Translations under genes and position numbers: made by a program | Notes under the pieces: generated by a model | Told to the model about the DNA's origin: nothing | Database searches by the model: none | Seen by the model: the letters and a program-made list of their open reading frames with translations, nothing else | NCBI GenBank assembly: GCA_032718475.1 | Contig: JAUCBJ010007758.1 | Span: 56,813-120,812 of the forward strand | Reading direction: 5' to 3' | DNA length: 64,000 nt | Source of the DNA: Nemertoderma westbladi | Taxonomy: Eukaryota; Animalia; Xenacoelomorpha | Part shown: positions 46,451 to 59,021 of the stretch, piece after piece | Numbering within the stretch: position 1 is the stretch's first letter | Layout of the letters: each line of letters begins with the position of its first letter

Positions 46451-48698
46451 AAGGATGTTGCAAACCTCGCGCCCTGTGTCCATGTTTACCTTTCTTTGGG
46501 TCTAGAGCCACGTGGAGTAGCAGGTAATAGGTCCTGTCCGTGTTTGGTTCATCGACCGGTAGTTCTATGGCCCATCCTTTCTCGACGTACTTCTTAATCG
46601 TTCTGTGGATGTACTCATTCTTCTCGGGGCTCCGTTTTAGTGTTTGCTTCAACTTACGAAGCCTCGTGAGTACCATCCCTCTATTGTCGGGTAGCGGTAG
46701 CTTCGGTAGCTTCCATACCATCCCTATGGTATACCGCCCCTCGTCACATTTCATTGACTCCTTTATGCTCTGTAGAGCCTGTTTGTCTTCTACCGAGGTC
46801 CCGACCCCGCTCTCTTTTAATCCCTCCAAATCCTGCCTGAGCAGTCTCCTGAGCTGCTCCTCCGCTCCCTCATCCCCCATCTCTCGCATAGTTCCCATGA
46901 ACATGCAGCCTGATGTCTCCGACATCCTAAATGGTATTTTACTCTTAATTGGGCCGCTCAGCATCCACCCGAATGGTGTTAAAATCGCCACCGGATCACA
47001 CTGCCTGTCTTCGCTGAAGACCGTTTGCATTCTTTTGTGGGCCGTCGGGCAGTCCATTCCTACTATGATGGATACCTTCCTAACGTCCACCTCTGGGATT
47101 GAGAAGTCGATAGTGTCCAGGAATTTATATTGTTCGACCTTGATGTTGGTTGGTCGCCTGGCGTTGATATTTATTGAATCTAGCACCTGGATGGGGTCGA
47201 TGTTCACCCCATAGTCGCATCCCGGTGCCACCGCTGCAATCGCGCACCGTCCGGTCCTCATCTCCAGGACCTCATCTTTGCTGGAGATGGTTGTTACCGC
47301 CATTCTACTTGGCCTCGTTCTTAATCCTATTTCTTTGGCCACCCAATCCTCAACTAAGGTGAAGGCTGCACCACTGTCAACCAGCATCAGTGTGGTCACT
47401 GATCGATTGCCTTCCCTGATCACTCGCACTGGTACTACCCCAAGTAGTACCGTTCCTCTCTTCTTTGCTCCCACGGTGCTCGTTGCCATTGTCTGACCTT
47501 TATTTCTACCGAACATAATTGGCGTTTTCTTGCATTGGTTAGTCCTATGTCCACTCATCACACATCGCAAACAGATTTCATTTCTTCTCGCGTATTCCAC
47601 CTGATCTTCTCTGGGTAGCGCCTGCCAGTACCTGCAGTTCATGGTCTGTAGAAGGGCATTTGTATGTAATTGGCATTTGCTCCTCTTTGGGTCGTAGCCG
47701 TCCTTATAAAGTGCGTTGCATATCGCACTTATATTTGTACCAAAGTCCATACTATCCTTATTGTTTGGGTTTGGCCTACTGGGCGTATTAGGGTTATGTT
47801 TATTTGTGTTGTTATTTTTCCCCTGTCCGCTCCATGATGTGGTCTTACCCCCGGCTACTTGTGGACTGGTAGTCCCCTGCGTTGCTGCGTACGGCAATGA
47901 CTGTCTGAGCTTTGGCAATGCGTTTGACGTATTGTGCTCTGGTTTCGGCCTGTGGTAATCAGTCTTTGGTTCCTTTCCCAGGCTATCCTCGCTATAGACT
48001 GGGTCCGTTATAAGTTCAGCTTCATAGTTTAAGAAGCTCCACATCTCTTCTAAAACCGGTTCCGCACCCTTCCTATCTCGAGTAGTGAAAGCGATTTTTC
48101 TCCACTTATTGTGCAGCCAAATCGGTAGTGCTTGCGCTATCGTGGTGATGTTGTTAGACGCGTTGAGTTTGTATGGCGCGTCCAGTGTCTTTAGTACGAT
48201 TAGCGCCTTATCGACTTTGTTAGCGAATGTCTTTATGCTAATGGGGTTATCCTGTAGGCCACCCGACGTTATGCCTCTCAGGGTTTGCCGGATGATCTTG
48301 GCCGGGTGCCCGTATTCCCTGTCTAACGCCCGCCATGCCGTCGTAAAGCCACCCTCGATGCCCTGGTATTGCCTCACGATGTCGTATGCTGGGCCTCCTG
48401 TATATACTTGCAGATATTTTAGGCACTCCGCCTGCGTCAAGTTCTTTGTTAATATTTCATTACTATACATGCGCCAAAATTGTAGGTATTCTTCCGGCCT
48501 ACTCCCATCGAATTTAAACGGTTCCACGGGTGGTAACTCGATCCTTGTTTTTAGTGCATTGATTAATGTGGCCATCCCCATCGCTTGCACTTCCAATGGG
48601 TTTGATGGGTGCTGTATAGGTTCTCCCGTTGGGTGCGTTTCCTCTGACTTGGATATATTATAGGGGGTAGCGGCCCCCTCCATATTTTTGTGTTGCAC
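46449..48698 (-). CDS. BEL/Pao gag-protease (element F), truncated at start of RT
   Basis: KFDGSRPEEY, CLRCVMSGHRTNQC, LVDSGA protease, TPFGWMLSGP, LPDNR and YYLLLH. Confidence 0.9.
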   Translation of the reverse strand: MQHKNMEGAATPYNISKSEETHPTGEPIQHPSNPLEVQAMGMATLINALKTRIELPPVEPFKFDGSRPEEYLQFWRMYSNEILTKNLTQAECLKYLQVYTGGPAYDIVRQYQGIEGGFTTAWRALDREYGHPAKIIRQTLRGITSGGLQDNPISIKTFANKVDKALIVLKTLDAPYKLNASNNITTIAQALPIWLHNKWRKIAFTTRDRKGAEPVLEEMWSFLNYEAELITDPVYSEDSLGKEPKTDYHRPKPEHNTSNALPKLRQSLPYAATQGTTSPQVAGGKTTSWSGQGKNNNTNKHNPNTPSRPNPNNKDSMDFGTNISAICNALYKDGYDPKRSKCQLHTNALLQTMNCRYWQALPREDQVEYARRNEICLRCVMSGHRTNQCKKTPIMFGRNKGQTMATSTVGAKKRGTVLLGVVPVRVIREGNRSVTTLMLVDSGAAFTLVEDWVAKEIGLRTRPSRMAVTTISSKDEVLEMRTGRCAIAAVAPGCDYGVNIDPIQVLDSININARRPTNIKVEQYKFLDTIDFSIPEVDVRKVSIIVGMDCPTAHKRMQTVFSEDRQCDPVAILTPFGWMLSGPIKSKIPFRMSETSGCMFMGTMREMGDEGAEEQLRRLLRQDLEGLKESGVGTSVEDKQALQSIKESMKCDEGRYTIGMVWKLPKLPLPDNRGMVLTRLRKLKQTLKRSPEKNEYIHRTIKKYVEKGWAIELPVDEPNTDRTYYLLLHVALDPKKGKHGHRARGLQHP

Positions 48699-49039
48699 GA
48701 CCTATTCTCGTACAAGGGGTTTGATGTTCTTACTCCTATTGGGGTATATTGTTGATATTGTGATCGGGGAATGTCACCCTGCCCCCCCCCCCCCCCCCCC
48801 CCCCCACCGGTATGTTTGGTACTGGGGTTGATGTTAATATATTGGGGCCCATACACCTATCCGTAATAATTCTCCCCTCCCCTGGGTATATGTTATGTCC
48901 CTGCATCCTGTAGTCATACTGCTGTGCTGGTACTGGTATAGGCCTATCAATTGCAGGCCTACCTGCCAGTACGTACTCCGCGACTTCCGGGTTTAATCCC
49001 GTCGCCCGCGCTATCCTATCAGTAGTATATGTTTGTATG

Positions 49040-49560
49040 ATACTGCGCCATGGTCACCCATAGCCCAGCATTACCATACATTTCTAGTACTCCATCCAAT
49101 CAGAAGCCACCATTTCAACCATTAGCAGCAATCGTTATTATTTCATCCAATCAGATGCCGGCATTTCATTCGTAGCCACGGTAACTTCTCAAGTTCCCGC
49201 TTATTCCGCTAGAGGCGTTATTAGTCACTCAACAAACTTCCTCTTCTAGTACTCCATCCAATCAGAAGCCAGCATTTCAACCGTAACCATGGTAACTTCT
49301 CATGTTCCCGCTTATTCCGCTAGAGGTGTTATTAGTCACCCAACGCCAGTACTGCATCCATTCACCAACCTTTATTTTACAGACGCTAGAGGTGTACAGG
49401 GCTACAGGTAACGTCTACTATTTTTTCAAATCGCTATTTTTTAGCAACCAGTATTTCCATATTCACCAACCTTTATTTTACAGGCGCTAGGGGTGTCTAC
49501 AGGTAACTTCTACTATTTTTCATTTCGCTATTTTTCACCAGTAACTAAATTTAATTTTGC
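49040..49560. repeat. Short degenerate direct-repeat cluster, probable non-autonomous element end
   Basis: ttctagtactccatccaatcagaagcc x2, ggtaacttctca.gttcccgcttattccgctagagg x2 and attcaccaacctttattttaca x2. Confidence 0.55.
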
Positions 49561-52500
49561 AATTTTTCAGATAACAAAATATTCAACCGGGTTCGAACTC
49601 GGGACCGTTATAACTCCCCACAATTCACCAATCACTCTTCCATCCAACCTCGAGAGAAAAAGGCGTCAAATATTCGAGTTATAGCTGTTGAATGCCAAGT
49701 AATAATTATTCAATATCGATTTATTCATCATAACTGGTCGCAGATGTTTACAAATAGCTTGTGGTAGTATCAATTATAAATTATTGTTCATTGAATTCTA
49801 TACTATAGCATATGTCACCAACGAGATCCAATTATTCTAATGATTTCGATAGCATAAAATGCATATTAATTAATACGAAATACATCTAACTAATAATAAT
49901 AATATACTTGTTCTACATACATTATCAGTACAATATTTACAGATAAAATTACGTTTGAATATAAGATGGAATGATAATTAATGTTTAGATGTAGGGTATT
50001 GATTGTTGTGAGTATGTGCTAGATATAGCAGTAATAGTGTTATTCGATATGTAACATTATGAAACAATGTCTCATGTATACACTGTAGTGTTGCAACTAT
50101 GTGTAGGTAAGTCAATGTGTCAGTGTTAATATAGTATATTACATTTTTTATAATATATTGGTTCTACAGAGTGATGCTGGGTTTTAGCACTGTTAATTTG
50201 ACATTTTTTTTTATTGCGAAATTAGATCATTAAAATTTTCATTAAAATTCCATGAATAAACTTTGCGAGACATTCCTTAACTATTCTTTGACAACAAATT
50301 GTCTATCTATCTATTTTGAGTAAAAAATGTGAAAAATAAAATGCAAGTCTTAAAAACTGAGTAAGTACTGTTATATTTATTTAAAAATATAAAATTTTGT
50401 CAGTAAATGCGAGACTGCTGTAATCATCTATTTTTTAGTAAAAAATAATAAACTTACTGTATATATGTTTAAAACCAAGCATCATGCTACAGAAAAAATA
50501 TTAACTTAAAATTCTTCACAAACTTATTAACTGAAAACAGTATCTAGCATATATCCAACGTTTAATTTTACATTTTTTTTTAGTCAAAGGTAGATTCACT
50601 GACATTGTTCTAGAACTTAATAGAATTTGCTGTCATGTTGCAGATCATCCTTCATATGCTGCCTATGGCGACTGATTTCACTTCTCTGCAAAATATTACA
50701 CGTATTTCCAGAATCTTTGAAATTTAGGTCTCCAGTTGTTAAAAACGATTCCTAGCCATATGACTTCTGTTGGATCGGTTGTAATACCTGTTGTCATAGG
50801 TTATGTCACATTGGTCATTACTGGGGTACGAGGTATGTTCAGATTGGTCTCTTAGATGAGGGTTTGGGAAGTGTTGATGTGGATAATCGTGTCTACTCAC
50901 TCTGTGCTTCTGATACTGCTGGTATGTTTGACTTTGGTGTCGAGATGGTTCTGGGGTATGTCTCCAAGAGTTCCTCACATACTCCGTATGCCTATTATTA
51001 TCTTGCGGGATAGATTTATATTGATTACCATTATAGTTGGCTTGATTGTTATTGTGCCAGTATGATTCCCTAGAGGTTTTGTAGTGTAGATCCACCCCTT
51101 TATTATTCCGCTTCATATCTGTGCTGCTTCTACTGCTTCCGTTTGTTGGAAGGGGTGCTTTGTTGGGTTTCTACAACCTTGTGATTTTCTTAGATTGACA
51201 GTTTCTTTGGAAACATTATTTAGATTTGCCAAGAAATCAGTCTGTTGTTGTAGAAGTATGGCAATTTTTGTATCATTATCTAGTTCACTATATTTGTTTT
51301 CAGTCCTAATGTTGTGCTGCCTCAGGATCTTTGATTTGAAGGTTGGTTTGGCAGGTCTTTTTGGTTCTTGCCAGGTGTCATTGTTTTTGAGGACTTGTTC
51401 TAGAGTAGAGGGACATTTCACTGATGGGTTTGTGATTATTACAGAGTCGTTTCTTATGTTTGTTGGTACCTGACTTCCTTGCAGGGATTTACCTTTCTTT
51501 TCCTTTATGCTGTATGAGTAAGTAGGATCCATTTCAGTTTCATTTGGATTGTCTGATATATTATCTACTGTTATATACTCATCAGTCTCTGATGGCGAAG
51601 ATATGTCAGTTGTAGAAGTTGTGGACTTCTAGATATGTCAGTTGTAGAAGTTGTGGACTTTTTCTAAGCCAAGTGGCACTAGGGACCTAGCAAAAATTTC
51701 TTTTGGATTTTGCATGATGCTCTCCACCCTGGCTGTTTCAATGAATTCATATGATGTCATAGCTTTGCTGAGTTTTGTCAGAGTCATATTCATTGCCTCT
51801 GTTGATGTTTCCTTTGGTTGTGTCTTCGGGGAATTCATAGTGGGATTCCTCGGATTTGGTTCTTGATAAATAAACTGCTGCCTGAGCCTAATACTGTATT
51901 ATTATGTGCTTCACTGTCACAGCCGATTTCAATAGCAACAGGCTTTGTGCAGGGAAGGTTATCTAATGAATTGGTGCGACGATGATTGCGTTGGTTAATC
52001 TTGCTAGCCTTTCAAGTGTTATGATGTTCCGTTCCCTTCTTTTGGGAAGCAGATTGAGAAGTGTATACTGGGAGTGTAATTCGAACATCTTTCATACATG
52101 TTCTTAGCCACCCAGTTTCGAACAGCTATGCTTCTCTCCTTGGGATTGATTGGAGGGCAAGATGAATGGCTTTTCAAGAAGAATGAATTTTTTTTGGCTT
52201 GTGAAATTTCATCAGTAAATGCAAGACTGCTGTAATCATCTATTTTTTTAGTAAAAAATAATAAACTTTCAGTATATATGTTGAAAACCAAACATCACGC
52301 TTCAGAAAAAATATTAACTTAAAATTTTTCACAAACTTATTAACTGTAAACAGTATCTAGCATATATCCAACGTTTAATTTTACATTTATTTTTAGTCAA
52401 AGGTAGATTCACTGACATTGTTCTAGAACTTAATAGAAATGTGAGCAAGACATTGAAGTACTATCTTAAAGTAGGTGTGACAATGTGTGAAATATATTTC

Positions 52501-53329
52501 ATGTATTATGATCAAGTGAGATATTGTTATGATTATAAAAGCTAGTACACCTCTGTATGTTTGTTTAGTTAATAAAATAAGGTTTTAATAGTTAATAATA
52601 ATAATTAATTCAATAAGGTTATGAAGTCATATTATAAGATTTATAAGGTTATAAGGTCATTCCATAATCGATACACAAATAGTATGTTACAACTGGAAAT
52701 ACAAGTGTTAACTACATTTGTCCTGGAAAATAAATAATCGACACATCTTCCATGTTCTATTTACGCCACCTAGAGAAATGAATAATTTGGCAATTATCAA
52801 AGATGAAATACACTCTGCTCCCACTGGGCGGCTTTATCCTGAATAAATTAAGAAACGCCTTCAAAGGAAACATGAATCTACCTTTGACTAAAAAAAAAAT
52901 GTTAAATTTAATGTTGCCTATATGATAGATACTGTTTTCAGTTAATAAGTTTGTGAAGAATTTTAAGTAAATATTTTTTCTGAAGCGTGATGTTTGGTTC
53001 AACATATATACTGTAAGTTTATTATTTTTTACTAAAAAAATAGATGATTACAGCAGTCTCGCATTTACTGAAGAAATTTTATATTTTTGAATAAATATAA
53101 CAGTAGTTACTCATTTTTAAGGCTTACATTTTAATTTTTACATTTTTACTCAAAATAGATAGATAGACAGTTTGTTGTCAAAGAATAGTTGAGGAATGTC
53201 TCGCAAAGTTTATTCATGGAATTTTTCAGTGAATCTAATTTCGCAATAAAAAAATGTCAAATTAATAGTGCTAAAACCCAGAATCACTCTGTAGAAACAA
53301 TATATTATAAAAAATTTAATATTGTTGCC

Positions 53330-54690
53330 AAACGACCATGCAAGTAATGGTGGAAATGTTGACAAGCCCAGTTTAGAGCCCACAACTCCAAGTGTGGTGC
53401 ATCATATTGCTGTTGGTCATTGTTTATATGTTTTAATGCATAAGCAATAATGAGGTGTAATTTGTTGTCAATGGTGCTAATCTGTGAAAGTATGGCGGCA
53501 AAACCATTGCCACTTGCATCAGTTTCAAGTACAAATTCTTTGTTGAAGTCCGGGTATTGTAAAACCGGTGTAGTGATAAGTCGATTCTTTAGTTCCCAAA
53601 ATCCTAACCGTGTTTAATTTGTCCAAACAAAAGGCGTAATTTTTTGGAGTAAATTATATAAAGGTTTTGCGATTTTTCCGTAACCTTCAACAAAACGGCG
53701 GTAATAATACGTTAATCCAAGAAACATTTACTCTTCTTTTATATTTCGAGGTTCAGGGTAATTTTGAAATTTTTCGATATTATTGCTGGATCAGGACTAA
53801 TCCCATTTCGTGAAATAACATGTCCCAGATATTTTATTTCTATCTGACTAAACTTACATTTCTTTTGTTTCAACTTCAGATTTACTTTCTTAATCCGTTG
53901 TAAGACAAGTTTCAGTTGCTCTGTAAATGTAATTGATTTTACTAATATATCATCAATAAATACATGGAATTGTTTATCTTCTTCAGTTGAAATGCCGTTC
54001 AATAATTTCTCCATAGTTCGTTGGAAAGTAGCTGGTGCGTTACATAATCCGAAGGCAAGTACTATGAATTCATAAAATCCAGAGCAACAATTAAATGTTG
54101 GTTTTGTAAATCGTCTAATATATCATCAATATGTGGTAGTGGGTAGTTATCCTTAACAGTGATACTGTTCAGCTTCCTATAATCGACACAAAAGTGTGGA
54201 GTGCCATCTGACTTCTTAGCTAATAGTACAGGAGAAGACAAGGGACTTTGTGATGGTTGTATAATACTGAATTTCACCATTTTGTCAATTTCATTGGCAA
54301 TTACTGTTTTAAAGAGTGTGAGGTGTTCTCTTAATTGCAATATTAGTACCAGTATCGATTGAATGTTCTGCTAATTCCGTTCTACCAAGCTCATCATCTG
54401 ATAGTTGAAGTACTTCATTGTATTCTTTTAATACATTAAGCAATTTTTCTTTCTCTTCTATGGTTAGGTTTGTATCTGATAGATCAACTTGCTCCTGTAT
54501 AATATTATGTCTCTCATTGACATCAGTAACCAATGAAACATTACTTTCTCTTATCTCAATTATTGTTTCCTCTTCATTTTTGTTATCATTCAAAGATAGA
54601 TCAATTTTTGTACATTGGCCTATTATCAATCCCTCTGGTATTGACTTATGTAAAGAATCTAAATTTAGTACACCGAGAATGCTATAACCA
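53330..54690 (-). pseudogene. Ty3/Gypsy pol fragment (RT-RNase H)
   Basis: SPVLLAKKSDG..FCVDYRKLN..YPLPHIDD, PFGLCNAPATFQR, FIDDIL, YLGHVIS and PDFNKEFVLETDAS. Multiple frameshifts. Confidence 0.92.
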
Positions 54691-54721
54691 TCAGTTTCAG
54701 CTTCGTGTACCGAAACTGTGA

Positions 54722-54988
54722 TACTACTACTACTAGGTCGAGCGAACTCGGACAGTGGAAATGAGATCCTTCCAGGCTTTCCGATTCTCCATAGTTGTCA
54801 CAATTTCGTTTCTCCCAAGTTCAGTATCCCTTTCAAGTTGATCTATATATGTTATGACCCGTCATCCACGACTACGCTTTCCAAGAGTTGGTTGCCAGAG
54901 AAGTAGATCTGGTTTGACCTCGTCTTTACTTCGCCAGCAGTGCCCACTGAATCTTAATCTGCGTTCACATAGGGTGGTTGATACAGGC
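54722..54988 (-). mobile_element. RTE LINE 3' end (second family)
   Basis: Minus translation RRLRFSGHCWRS..LLLWQP..GKRSRG..TYIDQLERDT, followed by a (tag)n tail. Confidence 0.8.
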
Positions 54989-55361
54989 GGTATAAATGTT
55001 AAATTTAATGTTGGCTATATGCTAGATACTGTTTTCAGTTAATAAGTTTGTGAAGAATTTTAAGTAAATAGTATATAAGTTAATATTGTTTCTATAGGGT
55101 GATGTTTGGTTTTAAACGATTATTATTATTTTTTACTAAAAAAAATAGCTGATTACAACAGTCTCACATTTACTGAAGAAATTTCATATTTTGAATAAAT
55201 ATAACAGTACTTACTCAGTTTTAAGGCTTACATTTTAATTTTCACATTTTTTACTCAAAATAGATAGATAGACAGTTTGTTGTCAAAGAATAGTTGAGGA
55301 ATGTCTCACAAAGTTTATTCATGGAATTTTTCAGTGAATCTAATTTCGCAATAAAAAAATG

Positions 55362-56220
55362 TCAAATTAATATCAGAGCCGAAAGGAAATCCTTCCAGGA
55401 GACCCGAGCCGCCTCCATGTCTGTAAGCAACGCGGCCAGACCGGCCTCACGGCACAGACTGACGACCTCGGCCCCGGAGAACCCCTCGGTAGCGGCGACC
55501 AACGCCGAGAGATCCACGTCGGCCGCCACGGGAACCCGACGGAACTGGATGCGAAGAATCTCGAGTCGAGTTCGGGAGTCGGGGAGCGGCACGTAAACGA
55601 GACGGTCGAGTCGTCCGGGTCGGAGTAACGCCGGGTCGATAACGTCGGGACGGTTGGTCGCCGAGACGACCAGCACGCCCCCTAGCGTCTGGACGCCGTC
55701 CATCTCGGTTAGGAGAGTGGCCAGCACCCGGTCGGCGACGGACACCGCGCCGGTACGAGACGACGCCAACGCGTCCAACTCGTCGATAAATACGACGGAA
55801 GGAGCCGCGGTTCTCGCCTTACGGAAAAGCTCCCTGACCGCCCGTTCCGACTCACCGACGTACTTGTTGAACAACTCGGGTCCTTTAACCGAAATAAAGT
55901 TGAGTTTCGATTCGGTGGCCAACGCCTTGGCTATCAGGGTCTTAGAGCAGCCGGGTGGGCCGTACAGTAACACTCCTCTCGGGGGGTCTATACCCAGTCG
56001 GGTAAAGGCCGTGGGGTGTCGGAGTGGCCATTCCACCGACTGTCGGAGTTTCGTTTTAACGTCGTGCAGACCGCCGATGTCTGTCCATCGAACCGTCGGA
56101 ACTTCTATGTAAATCTCCCGCATCGCTGTCGGACGAATGGTTGCCATGGCAGCCAATAGGTCGTCTGTAGATATGGGCTCTCTACGATATGAGTCGATGT
56201 GATCTTCAGAATCACCAAAC
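55362..56220 (-). CDS. SPATA5: SPATA5/AFG2A AAA+ ATPase, exon 2 (D2 domain)
   Basis: [19 protein letters not shown] (AFG2-type Walker A), VKGPEL..KYVGESE, FIDELD and ALLRPGRLD. Acceptor ttttag at 56221. Frame matches exon 1. Confidence 0.9.
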
Positions 56221-56493
56221 CTAAAAATAAAACTAAAATAAAAAACTTTTAAATTAAATAGGGCCTACAACAAATGAAAAAAATTTAAAAGCATCACCAC
56301 ATTTTGATACGACCATGAAAAAATCCATCCTGAAAAATTGATTTAATCAAGATAAAAAGATCTAAGTGTTTCAAATAAACAGACTGAGTTTCCGAAGACG
56401 GTTTAGACTTCATCCAATGAATGATTAGTATTATATTGGTAGAATAATCTGATAAGGTAATAAATAAATAGGTTAAAAACGTTAGTTAATTAC

Positions 56494-58610
56494 CTTATAG
56501 ACTGCGATGCAACGCTCCGTCTGTAAGATTTCCACGCGGCTTCTCTACACAAAGAAACTAAATCGGCCCCCACGTAGCCATGTGTTAACCCGGCGACCCG
56601 TTGCAATCCCTTCAGGGTAACACGATCAACCCGCTGCACCCCACTATCGGTTACCCCATCAACCCGCTGCACCCCACTATCGGTTACCCCATCAACCCGC
56701 TGCACCCCACTATCGGTTACCCCATCAACCCGCTGCTCCCCACTATCGGTTACCCCATCAACCCGCTGCACCCCACTATCGGTTACCCCATCAACCGGCT
56801 GCACCCTACTATCGGTTACCCCATCAACCCGCTGCACCCCACTATCGGTTACCCCATCAACCCGCTGCACCCCACTATCGGTTACCCCATCAACCGGCTG
56901 CACCCTACTATCGGTTACCCCATCAACCCGCTGCACCCCACTATCGGTTACCCCATCAACCCGCTGCTCCCCACTATCGGTTACCCCATCAACCCGCTGC
57001 ACCCCACTATCGGTTACCCCATCAACCGGCTGCACCCTACTATCGGTTACCCCATCAACCCGCTGCACCCCACTATCGGTTACCCCATCAACCCGCTGCA
57101 CCCCATTATCGGTTACCCCATCCCGGATCCCGCAGTTGTACCGCTCCCTGAGGATCCCCCCTAGGATCTCCGCCCGATCCGCCGCCGACGGAACCCGCAG
57201 TTCCACCTCGGTATCGAACCGACCCGCTCTCCGCAACGCCACATCGATTCCCGAGATGTTGTCGGTAGTCGCGGCAACAACAACCCAATCTGACGACCCC
57301 AAACCGTCGAGCAACGTAACGAAACAACTCACCACCCGTTTCTCCAACTCGTTGTGTAAAGATTCTCGCTTCGGACAAATCGCCTCGATGTTGTCCACCG
57401 CTATTATCGAAGGAGACCGACTTCTCGCCTCCTCGAATATCCCTTTAAGTTTAGCCTCCGAATCTCCGTAATACTTACTGACCACGTTCTCTGTTGCCAA
57501 GGTAACCACGTTGCAACCAGACTCGTTGCACAAAGCGGCCAGTAAGGATGACTTCCCGCTACCTGGGCAACCGTGTATAAGTAGACCCTTACTCGGAACC
57601 AAACCGAACCGTATAAACATATCGCGATTCCTTAAAGGCGTTAAAATCTTCTCTCTTATTTCTTCGATTTCGCGGTCCAAACCGTTCAATTGGGAGAAAT
57701 AAAGTTTATTTTCTTTCCCTTTTATATTGGAATCAAGGGTTTCCTCAATTAGAATATTTGTATCAGATGTTATTTTATAAAATTCTTTAAATTCCTTCCG
57801 TCTCTGTATATCGCAGCGTCTACTAATAGACGAGTTGGGATCATTAGAACCTGGAGGTGTATCAACAGATTCCCATTTGGCTCTTACCGGTGTCGAGCAA
57901 TCAAACAAAGAATCCGATATATCCATAGTTCGCATTATATCAGAAACGTTGAAACTATCATCTGATATGTCATCGCCATCGGCAATATCTTTTACACGAG
58001 GTACAAACGACTTCACTTCAAGGCAAATCGGAGTACCAAAATATACCAATTCCAAACACGAACCATTACTTACGAATTTTCCTTGAAGCATTGTCTTAAG
58101 AAATTTCGTTACGACATCATTATTTTTCATTTGGAAGTTTTCCAATTTAGATGAAATCGAGAAATTAACCTCCTTTAATAAAGTAAAAGGTAAAGTTAAT
58201 CCGAATATGGAAACGATATCTCCATTGCCGAGACCCAATAACCGCCGGTATTGCACAGATAAACCAATAGCGCCGTGGGCGATGTTACTGCAGGGCCACG
58301 CTCGGCCCACTAGGGAATTATTAATAACCAGATGCTGTCCGATATACAGACCAGACAGCTGCATGGTCTCTACATTGATTTGAATCATCTGGTCCCGCAA
58401 TCGGTCCAGAGATTCTTGATCAACCTGTTTGTCGCGAATAACGCCGGTAACAGAGTTATATTCCACGGATGGTTCGTTGTCATGGTTACAGTGACCGGCG
58501 TCATCGGCAAAACTCGAGTCACTAATGTTGGAGTTGAGAACAAGTAAAGAACATTGCGGGCAATAAACCCAATGGGATTTAGGAGATTTGCGCGCTGATT
58601 TTGGTGCCAT
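56494..58610 (-). CDS. SPATA5: SPATA5/AFG2A AAA+ ATPase, exon 1 (N domain + D1)
   Basis: GLLIHGCPGSGKS, SKYYGDSE, ALRRAGRFDTE and HGYVGADL. Donor AG|GTAATT at 56493. A 273-bp intron gives a 991-aa product. Confidence 0.88.
56595..57122 (-). repeat. 33-bp minisatellite, 15 units plus 1 degenerate, in frame in SPATA5
   Basis: Unit ccccatcaacccgctgcaccccactatcggtta, translating on the minus strand as DGVTDSGVQRV. Confidence 0.97.
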
Positions 58611-59021
58611 TAATTACTATCTACTATAAATCGGAATATAGCTTTATGTAAAGTATAAAGAACAATTATTTATTATAACTGCATAAAGATGCCCGGTTCA
58701 TTAATCTGAACTTGAAGTAAACTTAATTCAATTATTAGATTCCGTAATCCTATATCATAAGTATTTAATTGAAAAACAAAGACGATAACGCATTCTAATG
58801 CCTTACACAACATGTCAGACCAGCTACACCAGTCCTATTCAGTTGGCAAGATAAATGTTTTGTTTATTTAGTAATTAAAATGCCTAAATATAAATCTATA
58901 ATGTTACAAATCCGATCCATTTTCTATCCCTTTAATATACCGTTCGAAACTGACATTATTTCTAACCAAATATCGGGTTACATTAAAGTGCGAAAATGCG
59001 AGTAAATGTGAGTCAGAATAT

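Larger units (their letters stand above)
42585..49020 (-). mobile_element. Internal region of deleted BEL/Pao element F with extra 3' ORF
   Basis: gag-protease ORF, RT/RH/IN remnants, a second long ORF, PPT and LTR B. The 5' end is lost or interrupted near 49020. Confidence 0.88.
50140..55372. repeat. ~480-bp AT-rich repeat in four copies: 50140-50625(+), 52205-52438(+, partial), 52874-53320(-), 54990-55372(-)
   Basis: Shared blocks such as gactgctgtaatcatctatt, cacaaacttattaactg and ctattctttgacaacaaa occur in direct and inverted orientation. Confidence 0.85.

Noticed and set aside
49585-49610. tRNA-like ccgggttcgaactcgggacc
   Set aside because: Only a B-box-like fragment; no cloverleaf can be built.
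56601-57164. Plus-strand 187-aa repeat ORF and other antisense ORFs over SPATA5 and TE genes
   Set aside because: Shadow frames of the minisatellite or of real minus-strand coding sequence.
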